From Trichinella spiralis (taxonomy: Eukaryota): DNA of 64,000 nt. Of the stretch, positions 13,948 through 28,660 are shown piece by piece. The notes beneath the pieces are model-generated. The model did no database searches, was not told where the DNA came from, and worked only from the letters and a program-made list of their open reading frames with translations. Location: contig NW_003526946.1 of the NCBI RefSeq assembly GCF_000181795.1, positions 361,668 to 425,667 on the forward strand, read 5' to 3'. The position numbers were made by a program, and so were the translations under genes. Numbering within the stretch: the stretch's first letter is position 1; every line of letters starts with the position of its first letter.

Positions 13948-14276
13948 CTAAATATCTGTCAGTCGAACTATTCTTTTAAAACTATATTGTAGAACTCAAG
14001 TTACAGATATTTTGCAACAAATAATATTCATAAGCATATTTTAAATTATATTAATAAGATTATGCATAATGTAAATTCAATTTTTTAAAATGAATATCAC
14101 TTTCTCCTGCATTATTACAGCAATTTATTTTACAGGTAAACATTTGGTATGGAGGTAATAATGCAAAAATTTCAGAAATTAGCTACTCTAAAGTAGGGAT
14201 TTTATCAAATATAATTGCTGTTAATTTTATCATTTCATGGGCAATTTTTGTTGAAAATGCACTTAATTGTCAGTCA

Positions 14277-14682
14277 TGATACCGCGGTAATAGTCTGTAG
14301 CAGACAAGAACTGAACTAACAACTGTATTTGCCCAGACAACGAAGTGGAAGAAGGATGAAGCTATCGTAAGCGGATATACACTTGAAGATCAAAGGAAGA
14401 TTATGGCAATGCGTAGGTTGGAGCGAGCGTGGGTTGTCTGTGGTAGAATCCTGCTGTGACGAATCGGTAACACTCCTTGTTCGGAGTTGCTAATAAATAC
14501 CGTATTCCTTATATGTTTTTTGATTGAGATAATGTTACCGGGAAAGCGCGAACCCGGAAGAAAGGTTAGGTAGGAAGCCAAGCTGAGGATACGTCCGTGC
14601 AGAGAAACCCGCCGGTTGACGACTGTGCTAATAACCCGGTTGGGATGATGAACGAGCCCGCCCAAGAAAGCGGCTCGTTACA
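14277..14682 (+). mobile_element. Probable solo LTR (~406 bp)
   Basis: GC-rich island with TGATAC and GTTACA termini. Flanked by AGTCA/AATCA (4/5 TSD match). AATAAA at 14492-14497. Confidence 0.6.
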
Positions 14683-17600
14683 AATCATTAGTTTAACAGC
14701 TATTTGGTTGCAGTGCTGATGAACAACTACTGGCATTATTAGTATGAGCAAAAGCCAAAGAACTGAAAAATATAACAAGCGCAGTCTGTCCACAGGTGTA
14801 TTCAGTAAAAATGTCATTTTAAAGTTTTTCGATTGATTGGAATCAGGATATGCCAGTTAAACCAACAGACGATTGACGATAGAAGCAAGTGATGCAATAA
14901 ATCACAGTTATGTTCGTCATAAAGACTAATTCTGATTTTACAGGTTTCTAAATCATTTTTGATTTATATGTTGAGTTCATCACTGCTGTTCATGGTAAAG
15001 AAATTCTTAAAATTTATTTTATAATTTTAGCTCACTATTTTCATTGTTCAAAATATAATAGATAGAATTTGTAATGCTGTAAAGCTTGTATTTTTTGTAA
15101 TGAAAATAATGCATATCAATGAAATAAATTTAAAATTTAAGCAAATTTCTAAAAATTAATAAGGCAAATTTGCTATTTAATTCATAAAGTATTTCAATAC
15201 ATTGCATAAATAGTACACTCTTACAAAATTTTCTGAATTTCATTAGTCGACTAAAATTACTGTTTCTTAACGTAAGTGATCCAATTTTCAGGCATAATAG
15301 GCGAATGCAAGTTTATATATTGGCATCGTTGCGTTATCAATGCAAATAAATTGCGATTCGAATAGTTATTATAAAAGCTTTATTAAAATTACTGTAAGAT
15401 AAATCATCGTTGCTTTGATTTTCAAATGAAATCTAACTTGACGTGAAATAAATGAATTGAAATTTAAAAACAAAATTAATTGTATGTATCAAATAGAGTG
15501 ATTACATTAGCAGGAAGTTAAAATGTTAATATTTGCTTTAATTTGTTACTAGAGGAGGAAAGTTTTCACTAAAATGAAAATATGGATATATACAGACATA
15601 TTGTGAAGTGAATGTAATCCACAGTGTGTATAAGTTAGACCTCTTATGTATGCTTAGGAATTCAAGTCTGTGAAACAAAATTGATCTGTTTTCAAACCAA
15701 GTTCTTCAAGAAAGAATGAATGATAGAATTAGCATTGTGCAATGTTCAGAAAGGCAAAATATTTGCATCACATTATTTTCATATTAAAAAAAGTTATTTT
15801 ATGAGAAATAATTGCCAAATATTGTATACAGAGAAAATTGTAATGAACTGTAAAGTGTAAAGAAAGCAAGTAAGCAGTTGAACAACTGAAATAATAAAAT
15901 CATCAGATGTAAAATGGTTTGCAAACAAAGTGGATGCTTCAAAACAGCCAAAGTTTTAATGTCATCAGATGATCAAAAATTTTGCTTAAATTGTTGTCAA
16001 ATGTTGAATTAATAAGGAAGAAATAAAGAAATACAGATAAGCAGAATAGATGGATGCAAGTAAGAAAAATTTGCCCGAAATGAAAATGAACCAAAGTTGA
16101 AGCTTCAAAATGAATAAGCAAACGAACTGAGCTTCATTTGCAAATTTGATAAATAAATTCTGCTTTATCAGAAGTGTGGCAGGTGAGTTTTCATTATTTT
16201 AGAATAACACAAATTGGTAGAAAGATGGTGACTTGTAATGGTGTTTATTTTTTAAGTTTCTCCAGTTTAAAAAGCTTATGTTTTTTTAAATATTTTTTGA
16301 CAGTTAGCAAAACAGTTTTCAAATCATTAAATTTCAAATTTATGAAATTGCAACTAATCTTTTTAATGGGATGCTAAACAAAAAAAACGAATAATACAAT
16401 TTATTGTTCATTGATGTTTTAAATTTTAATGACAGCAATTTTAAATTCATCTGAAGCTTTTGAGTTTTTTCATTTTCCTTGCAAATCAGTCAGTTGCATC
16501 CATTGAGTTTTATTTCACACTTAACTCAAATATATTGTACTTTTATATTATTTGAAAATTTGCAATCATACGAAATCATAACATTGATAAACAAACACTT
16601 TATTATTTCTGTTGAAGAAATGAAGTTTGAATGTTGAAAGTGGAATTCATTAAATCCACGGGAAAGCTATGTTCAATGTCTTCTTAATTCATCACGTGTC
16701 TAATGTACAGCTGCTCAATTTGAAATTTAAATATTTCTATTCTAAATGATTAATAAAAAGCAGAGACAAAATTTTCTGTTCCACTGCTTTTCTTATGTAA
16801 ATTGAAAAACTGATCAGTTGAATATTGATTAATAAATAAATCTTGTGAATAATAATTTATTAACGTTGACTTCCTACAATATATGACAACAAAACAGACC
16901 AATGTGACAATTATCTATCTATTATTGCTGTAAAATTGAATCGTTGCCGACATGACAAAGCTCATTAAAGCGGTCGGCGGTGTAATGAAAAGCTGAAAAG
17001 GCACCAACGCCAATTATGAAAGCTGCTTCCTGCTTGTCGAGATTGTAGTTTTAAAAATCGCAATCAACTTGCTCAATGTATGAATTTTTTGCATTTGTCT
17101 GTAAATTATAAATATTTATTATGCAATAGATTAAAATTATTATGTTTTTTTCAATGGATAACAAAAAGTTGTAAATTAATTCTGGATTTACATTTAGAAT
17201 TTAGTTGTAAATTTTGTAATTTAGTTAATAGTTAACAAGGATTTGCTTTATTATTTGCATACAAAAGTGCATTACGGAAAAAATAATTGAGCATAAAAAT
17301 ATTTTAAAGTATTTTACAGTTGGAAAGTTTTCAATTAAACTTTACAAATAAAAGTAACTCTTCAAAAATTTTGTTGAGTGCCAAGTCAATGTTTTTATTC
17401 TGAAAATCTAGAATATTTAAAGAACATTTTTTGTAGAATATGATGAGTAAGCATGAAATTTATTTCTTGCAAATATTTCAGTTGCTTTGTGCTTATTTAT
17501 TCTTTTTTTATAAATTAGTGTATAATTATTTATTTGCAAATTATTTACAAATTTCAGCTCAAATTTTACGGATAATAATTTCAATATTTTACGTATCCGG

Positions 17601-18398
17601 ATTGGTATTTGATGAAGCATTTTGTCACAGTTATTCATGCGTTTGATTTAGCGCAATAATAATATTGATAATGATTTACTGCAAATTCAATTAATTAACT
17701 TATAAAGTAAAGTACAAAAATTAACTCAATATAAATCAATCAACACATACTAAATCTCTGAACTTGCTTGAATGATTAATTGTTTATTTTTAATATCAAA
17801 ATACAGACAAATACTTCAAAGAAAAAGAAAATAATTTTTGAATATTCACAAAAGTTAATCAGCCCAAAGAAAAGCTCCCACGTTTTTTTAATGTTAGATG
17901 TAATTATTTGTCAAAGTATTATTATTGGCAATGTCACAATTCGATAACGGCTAATAAAAAATAGCATTTGAAAATGGTTGAACAAAAAATAATGTACTCT
18001 GTTTTTTTGGGGATGCATGCAATTTTATATAATTTGTGAAAAAAATAAAAATTTATTATTGAATTATGTGCAACAGAAATAGAAGCTGTTCACAAAATTC
18101 CACAAATCACTAGTAGTGCTATGAATAAATTTGTAAGTACTTTTGAATATGGTTACTTTTGTAAGTAACAATTGTAATTTCATTTTCCATTTGGTCAATG
18201 CAAGGTCATTTGAAAAGGTCAAAATTGCTTTTGCACGCATGCGGTAAGTTTCTCATAGCACAAGCAACGAACGGGTCGTCCAGTGCATAATATTTGTTTT
18301 TACCGCTTTTCTGAGCCTGGTTTTTATTGAAAAAGCTCTATTTTAAATATTTAAATTAATAAATAGCAACTTGTTATTCAAGCAGCCAAAAAAATCTG

Positions 18399-21300
18399 AT
18401 GAAAATGGATCCGGAAATGGATCTTCCATCAACTTCTAAAGTAGGCATCATTCGTTTTTTTTTTAAATTTTACTTGCATCATACTTTGCTGTAATGTATA
18501 TATGAATAATTTAGCACAAAGTTAATCAGAGTGAAAATCCACCAACACCACAGTTTCGTTGGTTTGCAAAGCACATTGATGTTGGTGTGCATGCTTATTC
18601 GAGAGGCGATTACGAGTCTGCTCTGGCTGCTTACGAGGCGGCGTTGTTCTCTGAGCCGAACAATTCGAAATTGTTGGGAAACATGGCTCTAACTTTGGAA
18701 AAATTAGAACGTTACGACGAAGCTTTGGATAAAATCCAACGTTCACTTGAAATCAACCCTAAAAGTTCAATTGTAAGTTTTTCCCTTTCTAAAAGCATAC
18801 TTTTATAATTGCAAACCCAACTGAAATCCCATTTTAATAATCCTACTACTTTTTAATCAGTGCACAATGGTTTCAAAGCTGAAATTATAGGTTAACAAAG
18901 CAAAGCAGGATTATATTTGCTTATTACTACTAGTTTATTACTTTAAAATATTCATTGCATTTTTTCCCATTTTTCTTTTGCGTTAAAATTTGCATAATTC
19001 CATGCATACAACAATAAGCAATCCATTATTGCGCAAGTGTTTAAAATTTTTAATTTTTTCTTTTAAAATTTAAAAAGCAATATTATTTACTTTTACATTT
19101 CAACTCATTTTTATTACTTTATTATTGCTTTAATTCTTCCCTCATTTAAAAATTGGAAAATTGAACACACAAAGTTATTAAATTTGAACTTATTTTTCAA
19201 AATGAATTTAAATAATACTAAAACTACTAGTATATTATTATAATTATGATAATAATTATTATTACTATATAAGCATTACAATTAATTTTTTTCATTATTA
19301 GAAAAAACACGCTTAAAAAATGTCAAATGAAAGTACTTTTTTTATAATTTGGTTGGATTTACTGAGTTTACATTTATTGATAAAGAACAGCTTTTAGCAA
19401 AATATTTTAGCCTTACTTAGGGAAAGATTTTCTTTAGATGATCAAAATTATACTTCTCTTTTTAGTGCATGAAAAGCATATTCTGCATTGAAAAGCAGAT
19501 TGACGGATTCATTACCTTTGTACAATAATACTAATCAAGCATTGAAATCTGTCTGATATTCATACTGTGGATAGCAGATTATAGTGACATGATAGAGTTC
19601 AGCTTAAAACTTAAAAAATGTTATGTAAATTTATATATTAGACATTTTAAAACAACTTTTAATTAATAAAACATATTCTTTACGAGTATAATATTGAATC
19701 TGATGCAAAAAGCACGGTAAGAAAATGAATATATTTTAAATGACTTTTACGCAATGCAATTTACAATTGTAGAATTATAAGCGTAAAGGAGCGATTCTGC
19801 TGAAAAAACATCTTTGGCCCCAGGCAGCGGTTGCTTTTTCTTTTTCCATTATTCATAATCCAAATGATGCAGATCTTCTGAACGAAGTATACAAGTATAT
19901 GATGGAATCTCCTCTTGCAGGTAATCAAATTATAAAATTATTCATTTCGAACACTAAGAATTATTTATTTTATTCAATATTGATTTAAGATTTTTTAAAT
20001 TTATGATTATTCTTCATGATCGATTTTCTATTATTAATATAGAAACACTGTAGAAATTATAGTAGAAAGTTTATACGTAAGCTATGACATTTTAAAGTTG
20101 ATATTACAAATATAGCCAGTGTGAGATATTAAAATTTTGTTCAGCAACATATGAGCAACGAAAATAAGTCCTATAAAAATGTGTGCATTTTCTAAGATAA
20201 ATCCCTTTACAGGCTTTACCATCACCTATTGATATGTATACATATCCATTTATTTGATTACATATATACCTTTCTGAAATTATTTTTACTATTTATAATG
20301 CTATTGACTTTGGATAACTTCTGCTAGTTTACTGTAAAAGCTTCATTTATTCATTTTAACAATTTTTACTCTGAAAATAAAATCAAGCCATTAGAAATGC
20401 TTTCAGTTTTCTTAAAGTGCATATCACATTTTTATTTAAAGTGATTTTGTAATATTTATAAGTTTTGTAGGACTACACAGTCAAGACTAAATAATATAAT
20501 TTAAACTAAATTCCATGGAGCATTGTTATATGTTTCTTATAATATTGTTATTATTGATATATTTGTATAGATGTGTACAAATGAAAATGTAAATGAAATA
20601 AAACTGAAAAAGTTATTATTTTAATTTCACAATAAAAGTATTATCTATTGTTTTAAGAACAAATCAAAATAGCGGTGAACATGCTTGATGACGTAGCTAA
20701 CAAACGTACACCGTTTGCTGTGCTGGGCGTGATTGGTCAGCAACTTCTTGAAATGGGCTACAAACGTCAAGCAGCTACTATTCTTGAAAATGCTCTCAAG
20801 TTAGAAGAAGAGAACTGGATTTTCAGAGGCTCAACAGAAAGCTCTTTAACACTCGCATATATTAGTCTTGGAAATTACGAGCGTGCTTTAGAATGTTCAA
20901 AGCAGGCGTTGAAAGAATATGAAGAAGCTGGTGATGAGGCAACTGCGCTAAACTGTAAACTTCGCGTTGCTTCCATTCATTTGCAACTTGGCCAGTTCGC
21001 CGAAGCTGATCATTACTACAGTGAGGTTCTTATAACATCTTTAAGGGTAAGCTTTTTATGTTCAAGAAATTTTAGAATTTGCTTTTATATAAATATTTTA
21101 GCAGAGAATTTGGTCATATGGCATCTATTCATGGCTTGGTTTAGCCATGGTTGCTTACAAACAGGGTAGATATGGGCCAGCTCTGCATGCACATGCACGT
21201 TGCATTGCTTGGGCTAATGAACTTCAGCTGCCATTGTATGTTAAGAGTAATGTACACGTATCTCTTTTGCATATATTGGTAGAAAATCGCAGAATTCGTG

Positions 21301-24300
21301 AAGCATTAGAAGTTGGTAGTCTGTTAATACAGACTGTTGACCAGTTTGGCAATTTAGAAGACCGAGCTGTAACTAGAATAACTCTTGGTCAAATTTACAT
21401 GCGCTGTTACAGTTTTCCAATTCGTGTGACACAACTTTACAAAGAGGCCAGTACAATTTTCGGCAAATTAGAGAGATGGATGTATCAGTTTCAGGTAAAT
21501 TACAAGTTCACTGCTTATAAGTTTGAAGTATTTGTGAATATAATTTTCATTTTATTTAATGCTCCGCTATTGCTAAAATATTCTTTAAAAATATTTATGT
21601 GAAGTTTTTGTTAATATTACTTCATAAATATAAATAAAAATAAATTAAATTTTGAGGTTTAATTTTGATTAAGATTATTAAATATTTGCTTTATTTTTAA
21701 AATATTTCACTTCAATACGTACAGTTTTGTACTGTTTGCATTTGAAGGCATCCATGGCCATTACTTTACTTTGTCTTGATTTGGAGTGGTTAAAGCGCGC
21801 TGATATATGGGCTCGTCGTTTGATCAAGCTAGCTATATTATGCAATTCACCGCCCATTGATGCACAGGCATGCAGATGCGTTGGTCATGTACTGTTGAAG
21901 CTAAACGCGCTCAAGACTTCAGCTCTTTTTCTGACTCGTTCTATACAGATAGCGGAAGAGTTCGGTGATTCTGCTCTATTACGAGAAGTACGAATTTTGA
22001 AAGCAAAATGCATGTGCAGAATGCGTCGGCATAATGAAGCAATAAAGCTCTACAGAAATGCTCTTATTGCATCCAGACAAGATTCACGCCCTTTGGAGGA
22101 AGTTATAGCTTTGCAAGGTATGTGTCAATGCTTGATACACATTGGTGATCCAGAAATGGCTAATGGGCAAGCAGCGCATCTTCATCGAATAGCATATGAC
22201 AGCAAACAATCAGCACCCGTACGTCAACACGCGTTATGTGCTTTAGCTGATTATCTAGCTCAACGGCAACGGTATTTGGATGCTATTACATTTTACGAAT
22301 TGTATTTGACTATGGTGCAAGAAGAAGGCCTACAAGGATGTGAAATTCGAGCTTGCGATTGCTTAGGGGATGCGCATAGGCTTCTTGGTGCACATGCATT
22401 GTCGATTCGGTACTATACGCAAGCATTATCATTGGCTAAACAACTTGGACGAGTTGAAGATACAATAATTGGTTATTATAAGCTTGGCAGAGCCCAGTGC
22501 ATCATGGGCAATTTTCAAGAAGCTCTCAAAAGTGGAAAATTTATGCTTGCAATGGCGCATTTTCTTCATTGGCCAGTATACAAAGCGACTGCTTTATCAT
22601 TGCTTGCTGATATACTAGTCGGGATGGGTAAACCGAAAGTAGGACTTCATATTGCTTGTCGTGCACTTGCCTTATCCAAGAAGACCAAAGATCTCAGTAA
22701 TGAGTATGATGTTAGTATGCAGGTAATTCAAACAACAAGTATGATTTTTAATGCGAATAGCTTATTTTTATCATAAACATTGATGCTTATTTAATTGTAA
22801 GCGCTTACAAAATAGCATTTAAAAGCGTTCATTGTTTTTAACTGAATGGTAATATTATTTCAAACTCTTTGCTAAGTAGTAAAGGATCCAAGTTTTAAAT
22901 GCTATTGCATGCATAAAAGTAAATAAATTTACACATAGAAATTATAGCTTTATTTTATAACTAATGATTCAGTGTTTTCAAGAAAAAGTTTCAAATCAGC
23001 ATGAATTGTTGTCCATTTTTGAAGGTCGCCAAAGCTTTGTTCGCAGTTGGTCAGTACAAAGAAGCTTTAGAGTATTATATGCGAGCAGAATCATTGTCTG
23101 AAACTACGCAAAACTGGCATTCCATGTTCACAGCAGTTCATTTTATGGGAAAATGCTATGAAAAACTAGAAGACTTTCCAAAAGTGATTAGTTGTCGTCT
23201 ACGACGTCTAGAAATTGCCAGTCGCAAGGGTCTTGTTTTGGACGAACTGTGTGCTTTGAGTGCAGTTTCTGAAACATGCATCTTAATCAATCAACATTCA
23301 GAGGCTATTACTTATCTTTTGCGCCAGAGGACTTTGTTAGATTCTGATAATGGTCGAGCTTACTGTCCAAGATTTTACAAAAGGTGCATGACCTTGTTAA
23401 CTGGAAGTTATGCAGCTTTAAACAAATGGAAATGGACAGCGCCATTATATGAGGAACTAATAGAAGTGGAATCGACTTGTCCGCGTTCACGACTACTTTA
23501 TGGATTGTCCATCTTTAAGCTGCGAATGTACGAGACAGCTATGCCGCATTTTAAGCGTGCAATTGAATTAGAAAATGAAAATCACGTAGATGAAACCGTA
23601 ATTGTCGATGCATTGGCTTTGATGGCTGCTAGTGCTTGGGCAACCCGTAAGTTCGAAATGGCAAAAGCATATGCTGAACGAAGACGACAGCATGCTGTAG
23701 AAAAATCTCTGCCCCAAAGTGAATGTTTAGCATTGCTGCAGTTAGGAATGATTGTCAGTACTACTGATGAAGTTATAGCAGCTGCAGAGAGAGCTTTAGC
23801 GCTGGCAGTATCTCAGAAGATGGATGATGCTCAATTGCGTGCAACAGAATTGATCATCTGCAAAAAAGAAGCAGATGGTGACATAGATGGCTGTAAAGCA
23901 ATGTTAGAAAACTTGCGGAGTATTTATACTGTTGAAAACAAGCCATACTTACTTGCTCAAGTTAATTATTTAGTAATAAAAGGTAGGTATTGTCTCCAAA
24001 TTGTTGAAATATATATATTTCAATAAAAGATAGTTTTTTTGAACAAAATACGTACAGACTAAATGTGAGCAGAAATTTTTGATTGAGTAAAATTGAAACA
24101 ATGAAAATATCATATTATTATACAATAATCCTCTATGTTTATTTTTTTTATAGCTATTCTTGATTTCGAAGAAGACTCTTTCTCAACAGCACTGAATTTG
24201 CTGAACGAAGCAATGGTGTTAGCAGATTCTTGTTCTGATGATTTAGTTGGAGCAATGGTGCGCATTTGGCTTGCGATCGTTCTTTGGGCTGACAATAAAT

Positions 24301-26898
24301 TGCAGGTTTGCTCGCTTGCATGCTTGCTTGTAATGTGTCACATTAAATGCTAATTTCTTAAAAAGTTTTTTAAAGAATTCTAGAAACGTGTTTGGTGATA
24401 TTTTTAAAGCAGAGCTATCCCCTTATCCTTGTGCAGAAACCATGTTGCGAGGTAACTGGTGTGGAATTTCCTTGATCGAGCACACAGCGTTTCTTCTTCT
24501 GGTGAGCTTTCTTTTACTTCATTGATTAAAATAAATTTGTATTTTAAAAAAAAAACAGTTTCTGTTGACGATAATGAAACGTCCATTGGAAGCGCTTGAA
24601 GTGGCTGAACGACTGCGTCGTATTTATTGCAGCTGGTCAGAAGAATCGTGGAGAATTACTTACTCTAATATAATATTAGACAAAGATCTATTGTTGAAAG
24701 AATACAAAAACAGAACACTAGTATACTGCATTCAAATAGAGAACGCAGTCTTTTTTTGGATATTGGGTGGAGGTAGGTTCATATTAACTTTCTTATTCTT
24801 TTTGGAACTTTCAAATCAATTTCAGAATCAGACGTGCAATTTTGGGCATACCAAATGAACAATTACAAGATGCACGATTTAGCAATGGCAATTGATTCCA
24901 CTTATGAATCAGAAAAGTGCATTTTGTTTCACTTGTTTCTCTAACTTACATAATTTTTTTTGCATTGAAGAAATCCGAAAAAATTAGAAATGGAACCATG
25001 GAACAGAACGCCTGGAATTTATAAAATTCAAATGCCATATAAAAGAGCTGAAGAAAAAGTAAAAAAATTAGTGCTAGCGAAAATTCCTCAAATGGGATTG
25101 ATTAAAGCAAGAAAACGACTTGAAGCAGCTTTGCGAACAGCACTGCGTGGCAGTCAGTTTGTAGATGTAATTAGTCATAAAGAAATGTGCAATTTTCCAT
25201 GGAAACGTTTGGTGGAGAAATTAGCCCCGGCTAATCAAGCTGCAAAGATTGAAATTATACCCAAAATTTTTACAGAATTAGACTGTTTTCCGGCTAAACT
25301 TTCTGAAAAAGAAAGACTTTCAGGAGATTTTCTTGCTGCTTGCACTTTCATGAATGATAATATGAGCAAAACTCCAACAACTGCAGAATTGAGTAGCTCT
25401 CGAAAATGGGGGAAAATATGCCGCCTGGCAATGGCACTGCGACTTGTTCTTGTGGCACCGAAGCGTAGAATGGCCTTGCTTCTTTTGGTGCATTTAGTAA
25501 TAAAATTCATTTTTTAAAATCACACATTATGAAAGTGTAAACATTTGTTTTTCGTGTAGGTGGATAAAATTTTAGAAAGAATTAAAGAAGGCGAAAAGAA
25601 ATTATTATATACGTTGGAGAGTTGTATTGTGAAACAAATTGAGGGAAAAATTATGGGTTTAGATGACATTTTGTGTATTCTTGGATTTAAACGCACCCAA
25701 ACGCTTGATACATGTTGTATGGATATAGAGTGGTATTTTCCTTGTGAAAATGAAGATGACATTTTGGGATACGCCAGAAATTTGTTTTATGCTTTACTGC
25801 GTAAGTATGGCATCACAACTTTGAAAATCAAATTGAAATTCAATTCAAATTGAAGATATTCCCAGAGACATTATGAACGCTATTTCAAGAGTTAGCGGTG
25901 AGATGGCACATATTGGTACGATTGTACATATTGTACGTAATTTATTTTGAATTGAAATACCAAACGTGTTTATCTGGGTTTGTTGCAGTTAGAATATTTG
26001 AATATCGAAGTTTTGAAGCTTGCTGTGGAAGATTCACTTTTTGTTGGTGCTGTATTAAGTAAAGAAGAAGCAGCGAACGGCATAAGCACTCCTTTATTTA
26101 TGGCATTAAGTATTTATTGTGAATTTTCTTTGAATGTCGTTTGAATGAGTTCATTTTCAGATTTCAAAGCGTTTCCGATAAGTAATAATTCCATTCGATT
26201 GGTATGCATCCTGACTGAAAGCACAATGTCTGATATTACGCAATGCTGGCTTGCATTGGCTGGTTGCTTTGCAGGTAAATTGTAGCGAAACAATATTTTA
26301 TATTGTTTATTTTTCAATAAGTCTCAAATGCATTAGATAGTGGTGTATGTTCTTGTTTTTACAGACAAGCTTTCCAGTATAATAAGAGTGAGCTCTGAAG
26401 AGGCGAGTCAAATTTTGGTGCGTGGTGAACCAAGTGAAATAATGGTCAGTAAATCTCCACCAGATATACCTCAAGAAATGCCAATCTGCGATGAAGATTG
26501 GAAAATATTTGAAAGCGATGTGCTTTTTGCTGATATATTACTTGATAAAAAAAAGAAGAAGAATAAACAAAAGTGGAGAAAGAAAAGTAAATTGAAAAAG
26601 TTGCATAAATGGAAAAGTGAGACGGCGTTGATTGATTCTGAAAAAGAATGGGATAAATTTGCATCTGATGGAGAAGAAAGAGAAGAAGTGTCTGAGAATG
26701 AAGAAGACAAAGACATGATTGGTATATATTATCAATAATAATTTTCTTTTAAATTTGTAAAATATTTTAAAGCCAACTTCATTTTTAATGATTACTTTTG
26801 AATATATGCCTATTTTTTAAGGATGCATTAATGCAGAAATACCTAGTGCAGAAGAATTAGAGGATCTCTACGAAAGTTTGCAACAAAAAAAATCATAA
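18399..26898 (+). CDS. TTC28: Tetratricopeptide repeat protein 28-like (long TPR array, reduced CHAT region, TTC28 C-terminal domain)
   Basis: Multi-exon gene; the main blocks lie near 18399-18440, 18515-18772, 19773-19920, 20657-21046, 21101-21494, 21725-22722, 23025-23982, 24153-24305, 24376-24501, 24559-24772 and 24971-25496, then 25560 onward to the stop at 26896-26898. Many TPRs. EALEVAER and MALLLLVHLVDKILERIKEG..LYT..ILGF match TTC28 (EALAVAER; ALRVLLHLVEKSLQRIQNG..MYT..VGF). Internal boundaries are approximate. Confidence 0.8.
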
Positions 26899-27459
26899 AT
26901 TTATTTACAGCTTTTATTTATTTTATCAAGACAAAAATATTATGTCAAATTTTTCCTATTTTAGCAAAGTTGTCATTATCTTTTTATTGGTGAGATCACT
27001 ATCAGAACCTTTTATGCAAATAGTTGTTTTGGTTAAACATGAATAATTGCACATGTTTTCATATTTTATTATTACGCTTGAATGATGTTATATGAAGCTG
27101 GAGATGTATTGTAGAAATTTTTAAATTTTTATTGCCTATTTTTGAGCAACTTGTTGTGTTATGCTTTTTTGTGTGTCATCATAAAAAATGAATTATATTA
27201 TTGCATCTAGTTTATAAAGAATGTCCATTAAACAATCTACTTGTTGTGCTGCTAATTGACAAGCTCAGTGCTGTTTCACAAGCTCAATTTCCAATCACTG
27301 TCATGTAAATGATATTTGTTCTAAATTATGATGGAGCAAAATGACCAAACCGTGCGTTTAGTTTAATATGAACAGAACAAGTATATTCAACAAAGAAAAA
27401 ATTTTTAATGGTTTTTTCAAAAGTACAGTTTTAAAAAGAATTTGAAAAATTGTTATATA

Positions 27460-28115
27460 CAGTCAAACTGGGTTAAGTGCACATGAAATTTTCCAAGAAT
27501 TTCCATACACTTATCCAAATTGTGCACTTATCCAAAGATGAAAATTATGCAGAGTAATTGAAAAAAGCAATAACTTTACGTGTACAAATAAGTTTAAAAT
27601 GTTCATTTATTTTAAACAAAATAGTCAGAAATGTGAGTTTAAATTATAGTTTGTGCCACTATAATTACTAGCTGCTGTTCAATACGATTTAGGTCTGTCT
27701 GATTTATGTTGTTTTCGTGAAAATATGACCAAATTGTCACCAGATCTGCGGCAGCTTCCTTGTGAGTAACTTCCTTGGAAAGCAGTAGCTGCTTTGAGTT
27801 TGGCTAGTTCACGTTGCCTGCGATGCGCAAGTTTATTCTGATGTTGCGAACAATAGACTTTGCTGAGTACCAATAGTTGTTATGGCTGATGATAAAGGTA
27901 AAGCGGTCGAGAGAGCGCCTGTTGTACATTTAAGGACAATGTATGGTGAACGGTAAATCCTGTGGACCGCAGCAAAATGATGCACTTCATCAAGCTGTGC
28001 ATTTATTCCAATTTGCACTTGTCCATTATTTTACCCTATAATTAACTACAAGGAATTTCGCTAAGCCCAAATCTTGTGCAGTTAAGGAAAATGTGCACTT
28101 AACCACGTTCGACTA
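27460..28115. mobile_element. Non-autonomous Tc1/mariner-superfamily (pogo/Tigger-like) element or MITE
   Basis: Imperfect ~25-bp TIRs: CAGTCAAACTGGGTTAAGTGCACAT on the left, reverse complement TAGTCGAACGTGGTTAAGTGCACAT on the right. TA on both flanks. Subterminal (G/A)CACTT(A/G)TCCA repeats. Confidence 0.8.
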
Positions 28116-28660
28116 TATTTGCAACAGATAACATGTTAAAATTGCAGTAAAGTAAAAGTAAGCAGGAAAAAATAGTGTAATTTCAGTTTTTCAAGACTTT
28201 CACTTTCAGCTGTGAAACATTAATTTTATAAATTACAAAAATCAAGTATGAATCACTAAAAATTTTTATAATAAAATTAAAGTCGAATGTTATTAAATTA
28301 TAAAAGTTTTCAACTTCAAATGAAATTTAATGATATAAAAATTACTCAATGTTGTCAGTTTTACAGTATAAAGAATCTGCTTATAAACGTAACATGTTTT
28401 TTGACAAAAAATATAATACTGAAATTATTGAGAGTTGTGAAGTTTTAAAATTGGTCGAAGTTTAAATGTGTTAACTAACATATATGAATAATGCATAAGC
28501 CGCGGGCAGATTATTACTCCGTCAGATGTTCATTTATTTAAATTTCTTGTTAGACACAGGAAGATGAGCAATAAATGCAATAAATTTTATAATAATATAC
28601 TTAAAGGTTGCTATGTAAAGAAGAGGAAGCTGAATTTTTACTTAATCATTGCTGCTTAAG

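Noticed and set aside
16930..17050. Locally GC-richer intergenic patch, considered as a possible ncRNA
   Set aside because: No recognisable tRNA, snRNA, SL RNA or snoRNA motifs.
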